A stretch of DNA of 64,000 nucleotides from Candidatus Altiarchaeota archaeon (GCA_043813075.1 JBDRLL010000003.1:125811-189810), one strand, 5' to 3'; shown: positions 8,837 through 17,585, counted from the first letter of the stretch. Numbers and translations are program-made. Notes: generated by a model not told the origin, from the sequence alone.

Positions 8837-8847
8837 GAGGGCTTGAC

Positions 8848-9477
8848 ATGAATAAAGAGAACATAATAGCGAAAATAAAGGAATGCATCGAGAAATCACC
8901 TAAACGCAAGTTCAAGCAGAATATAGACTTGACTCTTAACTTCTCAGACGTCCAGATGGAGGGTGAACACAAGCTTAACCTGAACATCCTACTGCCCAAG
9001 GGACGTGGCAAGGACGTTGAGATAGGGGTCTTTGCCGACGGAGACATGAACCTCAAGGCGAAGGAAGTGTCAAAACACGTGTTAGACAAGAAGGAGCTTG
9101 AGGGCATGGCTAGCGACAAGCGCGGTATGCGAAAGTACGCTGGTGAATGCTATGGCTTCATAGCGTCATCAGACCTTCTGCCAGTCGTCGGTAAGAACTG
9201 GGGTGTCGTCCTCGGGGTTAGGGGTAAGATGCCACAGCCTGTGCCTCCGAACGCGGACGTTAAGGCCGCCATTGAAAGATCCAAGAACACTGTGAGGATA
9301 AAATCGAAGAAAAACCCTAACATACACGTTCCCGTGGGGACTGAGGATAACAGTCCTGAGGAGCTGTTCGAGAACATACAGGCAGTATACATTTCTGTCG
9401 AGCGTGTGATACATGAGGAGAAGATAAAGTCCGCGTTCATTAAGACAACAATGGGTTCGGCGGTGAGGTTATGGTAG
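8848..9477 (+). CDS. rpl1: Ribosomal protein uL1
   Basis: KRKFKQNIDLTLNF...LPKGRGK...FIASSDLLPVVGK..LGVRGKMP is typical L1. It shares an ATGGTAG overlap with the next gene. Confidence 0.9.
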   Translation: MNKENIIAKIKECIEKSPKRKFKQNIDLTLNFSDVQMEGEHKLNLNILLPKGRGKDVEIGVFADGDMNLKAKEVSKHVLDKKELEGMASDKRGMRKYAGECYGFIASSDLLPVVGKNWGVVLGVRGKMPQPVPPNADVKAAIERSKNTVRIKSKKNPNIHVPVGTEDNSPEELFENIQAVYISVERVIHEEKIKSAFIKTTMGSAVRLW

Positions 9478-10430
9478 CCACATGGAAGAAAGACCTGGCT
9501 AAGGAGATTACTAAGGGAGTTAAGGCAGCTAAGACCATAGGCGTAGTCAAGATTGATAACATACCGTCGAAACAGATGCAGCAGATGAGGAAGACCCTGA
9601 GGGGCAAGGCAAATCTGGTAATAGCGAAGAGGAACGTTTTGAAGCAGTCATTCAGCAAGGCAAACCTTGAGGGGTTGAGTGAATACCTTGATGGTTCTGT
9701 CGGATTACTCTCCAGCGACCTTGACCCATTCCAGCTGGAAAAGCTAGTCTACAGCTGCAGGACAAACGCCCCGGCAAAAGCCGGCGCAACGGCACCATGC
9801 GATATTATAGTGCCTGCAGGCGACACTGGACTGCCGGCAGGTCCGGTGATAGGTGACATACAGGGTGCTGGCATAAAGGCGAAGATACAAGGGGGTAAGA
9901 TAATAGTACAGCAAGAGTCTGTGGTGGTGAAGGAGGGGGACCCCATAAGCGAGGAGGTCGCGACCGCCTTGATGAGGCTCAAGATACAGCCCATGAACAT
10001 CGGCCTGGATTTGAAGGCTGTTTGGAACGATAATGTGGTCTATCCCTACGAAGTCTTGCACATAGAGGAGGCTGAGACCATCAGCAGGCTACAGTCAGCT
10101 CATGTTAAAGCATTCAACCTCGCATTCAATGCTGGATTATTCATGCCAGACACGGTTAGGTTATTCATACAAGAGGCGTTCTGCAACGCCAGGAACCTGG
10201 CCATAAACGCTGAAGTGATAAACAAGGATACCGTCGACTACTTCATAGGCAGGGCAGACGCTCAGGCAAAGGCCTTGAAGAGCGTCCTGCCTGATGATAT
10301 CAAGCCGGCTGAAGAACCTGTGAAGGAGGAGGCAAAGCCTGAAGAGGTTAAAGAGACGCCTGCAGAAGAGAAGAAGGAGACCCCTAGTGAGGATAATAAG
10401 GGGGAGGCTCCTGCTGAGGGGAAGGTATAG
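9471..10430 (+). CDS. rpl10: Ribosomal stalk protein uL10 (acidic protein P0)
   Basis: It has an N-terminal rRNA-binding domain (KQMQQMRKTLRGKANLVIAKRNV) and an archaeal insertion domain. It also has a helical spine region and a charged PAEEPVKEEAKPEE tail. Confidence 0.9.
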   Translation: MVATWKKDLAKEITKGVKAAKTIGVVKIDNIPSKQMQQMRKTLRGKANLVIAKRNVLKQSFSKANLEGLSEYLDGSVGLLSSDLDPFQLEKLVYSCRTNAPAKAGATAPCDIIVPAGDTGLPAGPVIGDIQGAGIKAKIQGGKIIVQQESVVVKEGDPISEEVATALMRLKIQPMNIGLDLKAVWNDNVVYPYEVLHIEEAETISRLQSAHVKAFNLAFNAGLFMPDTVRLFIQEAFCNARNLAINAEVINKDTVDYFIGRADAQAKALKSVLPDDIKPAEEPVKEEAKPEEVKETPAEEKKETPSEDNKGEAPAEGKV

Positions 10431-10437
10431 TAGATTC

Positions 10438-10443
10438 TTTTTT
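10438..10443 (+). terminator. Oligo-T tract (T6) 8 nt after the P0 stop
   Basis: tagtagattcttttttagtc read directly. Confidence 0.3.
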
Positions 10444-10473
10444 AGTCTTGTTCTTCCGCGTTCTATAAGAGAG

Positions 10474-12594
10474 ATGTCTAGGAACAGGACTCTAGAGTAT
10501 ATCAGGGGTAGGGAAAAGCTCGTCGCTAAACTCATTAGGGAGGGGGCTCCGTTACCCCGCATCATGGAAGAGTTGGGTGTGGACGAGTCTGAAGGCAGCA
10601 ACATACGCGCTGGATTCTCAAGGGCCATCACAACCCACCCTGAACTGTCTGGCGCACTGAAGGACAGGGTAGAGTCGATTGTAGAGCAAAACCGTAGGTC
10701 CGGCAGGAACACGTCTGTGAACGAGCTGGTTGAGGCCACCGGCGTAGGCTGGTATCCTATGAAAGCGTTCGTTCATGGGAAGAAGGGGCCTGGACAGTCC
10801 ATCAACCTGACGCCTTTAGGGGACATACATGCTTCAAGGGTGGAACGGATAAAAGCCGAGGCCGCGGGGCAGGGCGGTAGGGTGAGCATCAAATCCACTG
10901 CCAGGAAGCTTGGGACCGATGAGAAGACGGCTAGCAGGCTGGTGAAGGAGGCGGGGGTGGGGGATATGACCCCTGACGCCGCTAAGAGCAGTCAAATCGA
11001 GTTCCAGGCTAAGATACTGTCTGATATTCTATCGGAACATGCTGATGCCTGTGAAATTCCGGAAACGCGTAGGCTCGTGGAGTTGAATGAGGGCGAGAGC
11101 ACAACTCCTGCGGGAAGAAGGAAGCTGGTGAAAACCACGAAGAGGGAGATAACCGCCCGGCTGGTTGGGATGCTTGGCGAGGTCAGGGCGGCCAGGTCAA
11201 GCCAGGCGAGGTCTGTGTGGGAGGAGTTGAATGAAACACGCCAGGAGCTATACTCCCCTGACGTCTGCACTGCAAGAGCCCGGTTAAGCCGTGAGCTAGA
11301 GGAGATGGGGGAGGTTACTGAGGAACAGTTAGCCACCTCACTGCAGGAGAGGGTTAACCAGACATGGTTTGGGGGCAGGGAAGTGTGCCCTTACTGGCTT
11401 CCTGAGAGGCTGGTGCGCATGGACTTGTACGGTGACGCGGACAAGGTACTGCACCCGCAGGTGCCGACACCACAGACGCTTGATGATGTGAGGGACCAGC
11501 TACTGGATTATTCCAAGAGAACGCACGGGCGTAAGAGGTACAGGGTGATACATCAGATGAGCACGCAAGACATGTCGAAGGGTGCGCCATCATTCTATTA
11601 CCTGCTTAAGAGGAAGCTGCCTGACATGGACGCCCGCCAGATAACGCAGACTGCCATATGGATTCTGACTGGGGAGGAAGGCAGGACTTACGACAGGTAC
11701 TGGGATAAGAGGGGTGTGCGTGAGGATGCTGTGGTCGGCATGCTGGAGGAGGCTGGATGGGATCCAACCGGGGTGACGACAGGCGACCTGTCTAGGAAAG
11801 CCCACGGACTGCACATGCATTATAAGAGGCATGAAGGTTCAAAATGCCTGAGAGAGAGCCTCGTGATGGCTTTAAGGGAGTTCAGTGAACTCACGCCAGA
11901 GCAGGAGAGGTTCATACTGGCGAGGAGGAACAGGCCGATGCAGATGAGGCTGATACTCCAGCACCTTGACCCAGGCAGGTCGGTTGAAGAGTACGCTGGT
12001 CTAATGGGGATAGAGAGGACTGCAGCGTACAATGTGGTGCGGAGGCTTCAGAGGGAGTTGACTGACGCCGTAGACGGGGGGGATAGCGTTAGGGAAATTG
12101 CGGACAGGTATGGTGTGGGCGCGAGGGGGATAAGCAATCTCGGACTGCGAGAGCTTGAAAGGCCGGGTGGTATTATAAGGCTGGTAGGATATCCTGTCGA
12201 AGCGGGGGATGAGATGGCTGTTAGAGGGGATATGACGTCTTTGGAAGAGCTTGCCAGGGGTTTTAACGTGCACACTCATATGCTTCAGGGCATAAGCACT
12301 GGAAGGCAGAGGCCTTCAGGGAGGGTTGAGAGGAGCGCCGGCCTGAATCGGCTTGAAGAGCATTCTAGAATGCTTGTTCAGGCGTGCGGTAGGAGGGACT
12401 ACGACGGCATGGCAAGGCTTGCAGGGGAGATAGGATGCGATGTTGAGGGGGTTAGGAAGCTTCCTGAAGGAGAGAGGGGTGTGTCAGTCACCTCAAGGTC
12501 TGGTAACATGAGCATAAGATACGTCACAGACGCCAGGCTGGATGAAATGCTAAGCCTCGCTGGAAGCATAGCTGGTGAGGCAGAATTCAGGTAA
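10474..12594 (+). CDS. Hypothetical 706-aa Arg-rich protein with at least six to seven helix-turn-helix-like units (one sigma-70 region-4/LuxR-like)
   Basis: The long ORF is trimmed to ATG 10474 (alternative 10564). It has repeated S-h-x-E-h-A-x-x-h-G units. It also has LTPEQERFILARR...SVEEYAGLMGIERTAAYNVVRRLQREL. No enzymatic motif was seen. Confidence 0.6.
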   Translation: MSRNRTLEYIRGREKLVAKLIREGAPLPRIMEELGVDESEGSNIRAGFSRAITTHPELSGALKDRVESIVEQNRRSGRNTSVNELVEATGVGWYPMKAFVHGKKGPGQSINLTPLGDIHASRVERIKAEAAGQGGRVSIKSTARKLGTDEKTASRLVKEAGVGDMTPDAAKSSQIEFQAKILSDILSEHADACEIPETRRLVELNEGESTTPAGRRKLVKTTKREITARLVGMLGEVRAARSSQARSVWEELNETRQELYSPDVCTARARLSRELEEMGEVTEEQLATSLQERVNQTWFGGREVCPYWLPERLVRMDLYGDADKVLHPQVPTPQTLDDVRDQLLDYSKRTHGRKRYRVIHQMSTQDMSKGAPSFYYLLKRKLPDMDARQITQTAIWILTGEEGRTYDRYWDKRGVREDAVVGMLEEAGWDPTGVTTGDLSRKAHGLHMHYKRHEGSKCLRESLVMALREFSELTPEQERFILARRNRPMQMRLILQHLDPGRSVEEYAGLMGIERTAAYNVVRRLQRELTDAVDGGDSVREIADRYGVGARGISNLGLRELERPGGIIRLVGYPVEAGDEMAVRGDMTSLEELARGFNVHTHMLQGISTGRQRPSGRVERSAGLNRLEEHSRMLVQACGRRDYDGMARLAGEIGCDVEGVRKLPEGERGVSVTSRSGNMSIRYVTDARLDEMLSLAGSIAGEAEFR

Positions 12595-12595
12595 G

Positions 12596-12871
12596 CTAGT
12601 AAGCCCTTATTTCCGGCAGGGGATTAGATTCAGCCTTCTGTATCGCTTTTATTCCACCCGACTTCTTTGCGATATAATAGGCGTCGAATGCGGATATGAA
12701 GCTGAGCAGAATGTTGAGTGAGAAGGCGAGCGCATAGCTTACGGGAGTGAGCTCGACTGTGGCCAGCTCCATAATGAAGAAGAGTGCGGCCCGCCATAGC
12801 CTGCCCACATAGAGCTGACCCAACCCTGCTACAAGAAAGGACAGTATTGCCGCCAGCCAAGGCTTCTTCAT
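12596..12871 (-). CDS. Small membrane protein (2-3 TM, GLGQLYVG motif)
   Basis: MKKPWLAAILSFLVAGLGQLYVGRLWRAALFF. It is hydrophobic throughout and has an ATG start at 12871. Confidence 0.5.
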   Translation of the reverse strand: MKKPWLAAILSFLVAGLGQLYVGRLWRAALFFIMELATVELTPVSYALAFSLNILLSFISAFDAYYIAKKSGGIKAIQKAESNPLPEIRAY

Positions 12872-12909
12872 GTGGATATATTAAGAACACAGGGATTAAT
12901 TAAAATGAC

Positions 12910-13728
12910 ATGGAAGTCAGGATCGACCTGCGGAAGAGCATACCAGAGAACGCTGAGGCATACTATAATACGGCGAAGAAGTCCAAGCGTAAGATTAACG
13001 GTCTTGTGAAAGCGATTGAGGAGACTAAAGGCCGGCTGGAGGGGATGCCTGAAGCAGATTCGGAGCCCACCCAGCAGGTGATAAGGAAGAAGAAAAAGAA
13101 GAGGTGGTTCGAGTCCTATCGTTGGTTCACTTCAAGCGATGGCTTCCTTGTGGTGGGGGGGCGTGACGCGGGAAGCAACGAGTCGCTGATAAAGAAGCAT
13201 CTGGAAGACAGGGACCTGGTGTTCCACGCGGAGATTCAGGGCGCCCCATTCTTCATAGTGAAAAACCCGGATGGGAAGGAGATCCCGGAGAATACGATAC
13301 TGGAGGCTGCTGAGGCTGCTGGAGCATACAGCAAGGCGTGGGGTAGGGGCATGGGCTCATGCAGCGTATACTACGTGAACCCTGACCAGGTCTCAAAGAC
13401 GCCGCCCGCAGGTGAATACCTGCCTAAAGGGGCTTTCATGATATACGGGAGGAAGAACAAGGTACATGACGTTGAACTGAAGGTTGCCATAGGATTCATC
13501 GTTGACGAGGGCGTGGAGACTGTGGGCGGCCCGGTCTCTTCAGTGGAATCCAAGACAGGATACTATGCGGTAGTCGGTGTTGGAGACGTCAAATCCAGGA
13601 AGCTTTCAGAGGATGTTGTGAAGAGCGTCTTGAGAAAGACCCCTGCGGAAGCAGGGGCTTTGATAAAGAAAACGGGCCTCGATGAAGTCCAGAAGTGGAT
13701 TCCGTCAGGGAAGGGCAGGCTCCTCTAG
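12910..13728 (+). CDS. NFACT-R (DUF814) domain protein, a short Rqc2/FbpA-related protein
   Basis: RWFESYRWFTSSDGFLVVGGRDAGSNESLIKKHLEDRDLVFHAEIQGAPF is the DUF814 signature. It is only 272 aa and shows no NFACT-N domain. Confidence 0.7.
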   Translation: MEVRIDLRKSIPENAEAYYNTAKKSKRKINGLVKAIEETKGRLEGMPEADSEPTQQVIRKKKKKRWFESYRWFTSSDGFLVVGGRDAGSNESLIKKHLEDRDLVFHAEIQGAPFFIVKNPDGKEIPENTILEAAEAAGAYSKAWGRGMGSCSVYYVNPDQVSKTPPAGEYLPKGAFMIYGRKNKVHDVELKVAIGFIVDEGVETVGGPVSSVESKTGYYAVVGVGDVKSRKLSEDVVKSVLRKTPAEAGALIKKTGLDEVQKWIPSGKGRLL

Positions 13729-14771
13729 CGCCTCCTGCTTTTCACGAAAGACTTCGGGTCGCGGAGTATGATGTAGGATGCTGTCAACACTAATAGACCT
13801 GCAGTCAACGAATCCTTTAGCTGAAATCCGAGATGCCAGTGCATCAGGGCTATTGTTGAAGACGATAATGCGGGCGGGATTAGCTTGTACACCCCACTTA
13901 TCTCCGACATCTTGGAGAACAGGAATGCTAGGGGCAGCATGAGCAGTAGGAGTGTCGACGATGCGAGGAGCACGGTTATAGTGAACCATAGGAGCGCCTT
14001 CACACACCAGGATATGTTGGATTCCACTCCCGCGAGATTCCAAGGCTCCTCAGAGAAGAAGAGCATAAGCCATAGGATTATTAGGGTGAACAAAGTGCTT
14101 ATCGGATGAGTGTACAGGTTTTTGAAGGAGCCCTTGAAGTCTATGCTGCTGGGCGCGGCCCCGACCGCAAAACACATCTGCAGGTAGAGCATTATCCATG
14201 ATAATATACTCCCATAGTCCATGCTGAGGAAGGATGATGTCATGATGGATGACGTGTGGATGAATGCGCCGATGAAGTCCTCTGGAACGTTAAGCTGCAC
14301 CGAGTTGACAACGTTAACCAGGTCTCCGCCCTGGAGATAGTTTAGCATTATCATGAGGGAGCCGCACCCAAAGAAGGGGGCGAAGGCTATGACGAACTCG
14401 CGCAACACAATCCACTTGTCCAATGGAGTCCTATAGTTAACGTAGCCCAGCATCCCTGTCTTGGGGTTTGGCTTGAACAAGGACATCCCGGTTATGTAAC
14501 ATCCTGAGAACAGGGCCGCGAAAAAGTGGGATAGCTCGTGGAGTATTGTGCCTGGGGCCATGAAAACTATGAAGGGGTAGGAGCCGAACCTCATCCGCTT
14601 TAGGACGTAGTATTCTATGAGGTCGCTTAACAGCACTTGCACTGCGAAGAGTAGGGGTATGAATGACGCGTATGAGCGGATGTAGTAGCCGTCAAGATAC
14701 GCCCATAGACAGTAGGAGGATGCGAACAATAGTATGAGGGTGACAACCCTGTTGGACAGACCGAAAACCAT
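13725..14771 (-). CDS. Polytopic membrane protein with an HExxH motif (putative membrane metalloprotease)
   Basis: ILHELSHFFAALFSG lies within a multi-TM protein. The family is not recognised. Confidence 0.5.
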   Translation of the reverse strand: MVFGLSNRVVTLILLFASSYCLWAYLDGYYIRSYASFIPLLFAVQVLLSDLIEYYVLKRMRFGSYPFIVFMAPGTILHELSHFFAALFSGCYITGMSLFKPNPKTGMLGYVNYRTPLDKWIVLREFVIAFAPFFGCGSLMIMLNYLQGGDLVNVVNSVQLNVPEDFIGAFIHTSSIMTSSFLSMDYGSILSWIMLYLQMCFAVGAAPSSIDFKGSFKNLYTHPISTLFTLIILWLMLFFSEEPWNLAGVESNISWCVKALLWFTITVLLASSTLLLLMLPLAFLFSKMSEISGVYKLIPPALSSSTIALMHWHLGFQLKDSLTAGLLVLTASYIILRDPKSFVKSRRR

Positions 14772-14831
14772 TTTGTTTAAATATTTTTAGGCTATTGATT
14801 AATCTCAGTAAACCAATAATAACGTCATATA

Positions 14832-15908
14832 ATGGACTTGAGGGAGAAGATAAAGGCTATTGAGGAGGAGATAGAGAAGACCCCATACAACAAGGCCACC
14901 CAGCACCACATAGGGAAGCTTAAGGCGAAGCTTGCTAAGATGAGGGAGAAGGAGTTCAAGGCCTCTTCAAAGAAAGGTAGTGGCGTCGGCTTCGGGGTGA
15001 GGAAGACCGGGCACGCTACCGCAGTCCTTATAGGCCTCCCTTCAGTGGGCAAGTCCACCCTGTTGAACAAGCTGACTAACGCCGAGTCGGAGGTTGCAGG
15101 CTATGACTTCACCACACTGGATGTGATACCCGGGATGCTACAGCACGAGAGCCTTAACGTGCAGATACTCGACCTGCCGGGGATAATAACGGGGGCGGCC
15201 ATAGGGAAGGGGAGGGGTAGGGAAGTCCTGTCGATGGTGAGGAACGCTGACCTGGTGATAATAATGCTGGACGCTGGTAGGACGAGCGTTTTGCATGAGA
15301 TAAAAGACGAGTTGTATGACATAGGAGTCCGGCTGGACTCGAAGCCTCCTGAAGTATCGGTTAAAAAGAAGATAAGAGGCGGGGTCTCGCTGACTTCGAC
15401 CGTTAAGCTCAGGCGGATAGATGTTGAGGAAGTTAGGGCTGTGCTGAACGAGTATGGCGTACATAACGCTGACGTGGTGATAAGGGAGGACATGACAATC
15501 GACCAGTTCATAGATGCCGTGGCAGGGAACAGGGTTTACGTCCCGTCCCTAGTGCTCGTCAACAAGATAGACAAGGGAGGGGTGAAGAACCTGGATTTCG
15601 AGCATCTGCCCATATCAGCGGAGAAGGAGGTCGGAATCGAGGGGGTTAAGGACGCTATCGTTTCAAAGATAGATGTCATAAGGGTTTTCCTGAAGCCGCA
15701 GGGAGGGGAGGCTGACATGAACGATCCGCTGATACTGAAGAATGGATCTAGCATAAAAGACCTGTGCGAGAAACTCCACAAAGACTTCCTCAAAGGCTTC
15801 AGATATGCCCTGATATGGGGGGAATCCGCGAAACACCCCGGCCAACACGTGGGCTTGAAGCACGTATTAAAAGATAAGGACGTAGTAACAATAATAAAAA
15901 GTGGTTGA
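14832..15908 (+). CDS. DRG/Obg-family GTPase with C-terminal TGS domain
   Basis: G1 GLPSVGKSTLLNKLT, G3 DLPG, G4 NKID, and a C-terminal TGS-like ..GSSIKDLCEKLHKDF... Confidence 0.9.
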   Translation: MDLREKIKAIEEEIEKTPYNKATQHHIGKLKAKLAKMREKEFKASSKKGSGVGFGVRKTGHATAVLIGLPSVGKSTLLNKLTNAESEVAGYDFTTLDVIPGMLQHESLNVQILDLPGIITGAAIGKGRGREVLSMVRNADLVIIMLDAGRTSVLHEIKDELYDIGVRLDSKPPEVSVKKKIRGGVSLTSTVKLRRIDVEEVRAVLNEYGVHNADVVIREDMTIDQFIDAVAGNRVYVPSLVLVNKIDKGGVKNLDFEHLPISAEKEVGIEGVKDAIVSKIDVIRVFLKPQGGEADMNDPLILKNGSSIKDLCEKLHKDFLKGFRYALIWGESAKHPGQHVGLKHVLKDKDVVTIIKSG

Positions 15909-15909
15909 A

Positions 15910-16593
15910 ATGAATTACTGGAAGACTATACTATTGATGGCCTTTACGGCCCTGCTCAGCGGATGCATGTGCTGCGGCGGATTCGGCCCTGGAGGCGATG
16001 ATGGCTATGAAGACGTTGATGCCGGCAGCCAGTGCAGTCCGCCATACATGGTTTTCGGGAGCGGATGCTGTCTTGATGCTAATGTGAACAGCATCTGCGA
16101 CGATGATGAGATGACGACAACCCTCATGAAAGAGACGACGATAAAAACCCAGACAACCGTGCGCGTGGAAACGACAGCCAATGATGCCACGACGACAACC
16201 ATGATGGAGCCAGCGACAACAATTATGGAGGCGACAACCACGACCATCGCAGGCAAGACTCCAGTACAGTTATGCGTGGAGAAGGCAGGATACAAGTCAG
16301 ACACTCTAATATACGTGTACAGCAACAGGTGCGGTGTGACTGAGAAGACCAAACTAACAAACGACGGGTTTAGGAAAGGCAGGGAATACCAATACATCGA
16401 CATAGGCATACTAAGCGATCAGGAGAAGGAGGTCCTAGCATGCTTCTACGGCCCATACTACAAGGGCAACATGAAGTACTCCATGTGCCCCATGCTACTG
16501 TGCCCGACGACAGGGGCCCATGAAGCGCACACAGGTTATAGTTCCATAACAGTAATGGCCGCTAGGATGATTAGGGATTGCTTCGGTGAATAA
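15910..16593 (+). CDS. Secreted lipoprotein, paralog 1: lipobox, Cys/Asp loop, Thr-rich linker, glutaredoxin-fold-like domain
   Basis: Lipobox LLSGC, the loop CLDANVNSICDDDE, a T-rich tract, and a C-terminal domain alignable to the next two ORFs (CFYG...CP). Confidence 0.6.
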   Translation: MNYWKTILLMAFTALLSGCMCCGGFGPGGDDGYEDVDAGSQCSPPYMVFGSGCCLDANVNSICDDDEMTTTLMKETTIKTQTTVRVETTANDATTTTMMEPATTIMEATTTTIAGKTPVQLCVEKAGYKSDTLIYVYSNRCGVTEKTKLTNDGFRKGREYQYIDIGILSDQEKEVLACFYGPYYKGNMKYSMCPMLLCPTTGAHEAHTGYSSITVMAARMIRDCFGE

Positions 16594-17016
16594 ATGAGGC
16601 GGATGTTATTGTTGATGGCTTTGATAGCCCTCCTACAGCCGGCGGCAGGCGAAGAAGACATGATGTACGAGACCCTGACGGAAGCATGCGTCCAGAACGC
16701 GGGCTATAATCCAGGATACGTGGCCTACGTCTACAGGAACAGGTACAAGATGGGGGGCACAAAGCCGAAGATAATGGATGCCGGGAGGAAGACGGGTGTG
16801 GGAGTGCATTTCATAGAGACTGGAATACTGACAGAGGGGGAGGAGAGCCTACTAAGCTGCTTCTACGGCACGTATTCAGAAGAGAACAGGGAATACATGA
16901 AGTATCCGAGGATAATCTGCCTTAAAAACGGTGAAGTCAACAATATTAGGAGCGGCAGGCCGGTGACAGTGCAGGCCCGCGAGATGATGTACGAATGCAG
17001 GAGGAGTATGGGATGA
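16594..17016 (+). CDS. Secreted protein, paralog 2: signal peptide plus the same glutaredoxin-fold-like domain, no linker
   Basis: Signal peptide MRRMLLLMALIALLQPAAG. The domain ACVQNAGYNPGYVAYVYRNR...SCFYGTYSEE...YP aligns with paralog 1. The start abuts the previous stop. Confidence 0.6.
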   Translation: MRRMLLLMALIALLQPAAGEEDMMYETLTEACVQNAGYNPGYVAYVYRNRYKMGGTKPKIMDAGRKTGVGVHFIETGILTEGEESLLSCFYGTYSEENREYMKYPRIICLKNGEVNNIRSGRPVTVQAREMMYECRRSMG

Positions 17017-17585
17017 AGGCTATGATAATGAGTTTAACGGCATTGCTTGTCCTAAGCGGATGCCTGTGCAATATGGGGGCTGAAGACTGCCTTGACGCGG
17101 ACAGTAACGGTGTGTGCGACAATGAAGAGAAGGCGACTAGCACGACGGTAAAGACCACCAGCACGACAAACATGCCGACACTACCACCACTTCCCGCGGA
17201 CACCACAATAGAGACGATCACCACAACCCTAGGCCCTACAACCACCACATTATCTATGGCCGAGTGTGTGGGGCAGTATCAGGTACAGAGCAATGAGGTC
17301 ATATTCCTGTATACGACAAGCTGTTGCGCCAGCCTGCACAACACAGTCAACCAGCTGGGCTCATTGAAGTTCGAGAAGATGGAATTGACTGTCATAGATC
17401 CGAGGGAGAGGAATATTCTAGGGTGCCTTGGCATAACGGACGTGAAGGAAATATCGCTCGCACGATTGTACTGTCCGTTCAACAGTGAGAGCATGTACAT
17501 ACCAAAGGAAGAGTTCGCGGGCGCCAGGGACAGGATAAGGGATTTCACGCTGAAATGCAAGGAAGACTCGCTTAAAGATGCCTGA
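17013..17585 (+). CDS. Secreted lipoprotein, paralog 3 (divergent)
   Basis: Lipobox VLSGC, the loop DCLDADSNGVCDNEE, a Thr-rich linker, and the domain ECVGQY...IFLYTTSCC...GCLG...YCP. It shares an ATGA overlap with paralog 2, and aggagg lies upstream. Confidence 0.6.
   Translation: MKAMIMSLTALLVLSGCLCNMGAEDCLDADSNGVCDNEEKATSTTVKTTSTTNMPTLPPLPADTTIETITTTLGPTTTTLSMAECVGQYQVQSNEVIFLYTTSCCASLHNTVNQLGSLKFEKMELTVIDPRERNILGCLGITDVKEISLARLYCPFNSESMYIPKEEFAGARDRIRDFTLKCKEDSLKDA

Noticed and set aside
10387-10473. An upstream extension of the multi-HTH ORF (MRIIRGRLLLRGRYSRFFFSLVLPRSIRE) that overlaps the P0 3' end.
   Set aside because: The extension overlaps the P0 coding tail and the T6 tract and reads like non-coding translation. 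The first ATG after the P0 stop is at 10474.
10430-12900. Possible mobile-element insertion carrying the multi-HTH gene and the small membrane gene.
   Set aside because: I saw no integrase or transposase, no flanking direct or inverted repeats, no tRNA target and no obvious compositional shift, so an insertion cannot be supported from the sequence alone.
16110-17250. Thr-rich ACN-repeat tracts in paralogs 1 and 3, considered as hypervariable (DGR-type) regions.
   Set aside because: No reverse transcriptase and no template-repeat copy are visible in the window. The tracts are best explained as Thr-rich linker regions of surface proteins.
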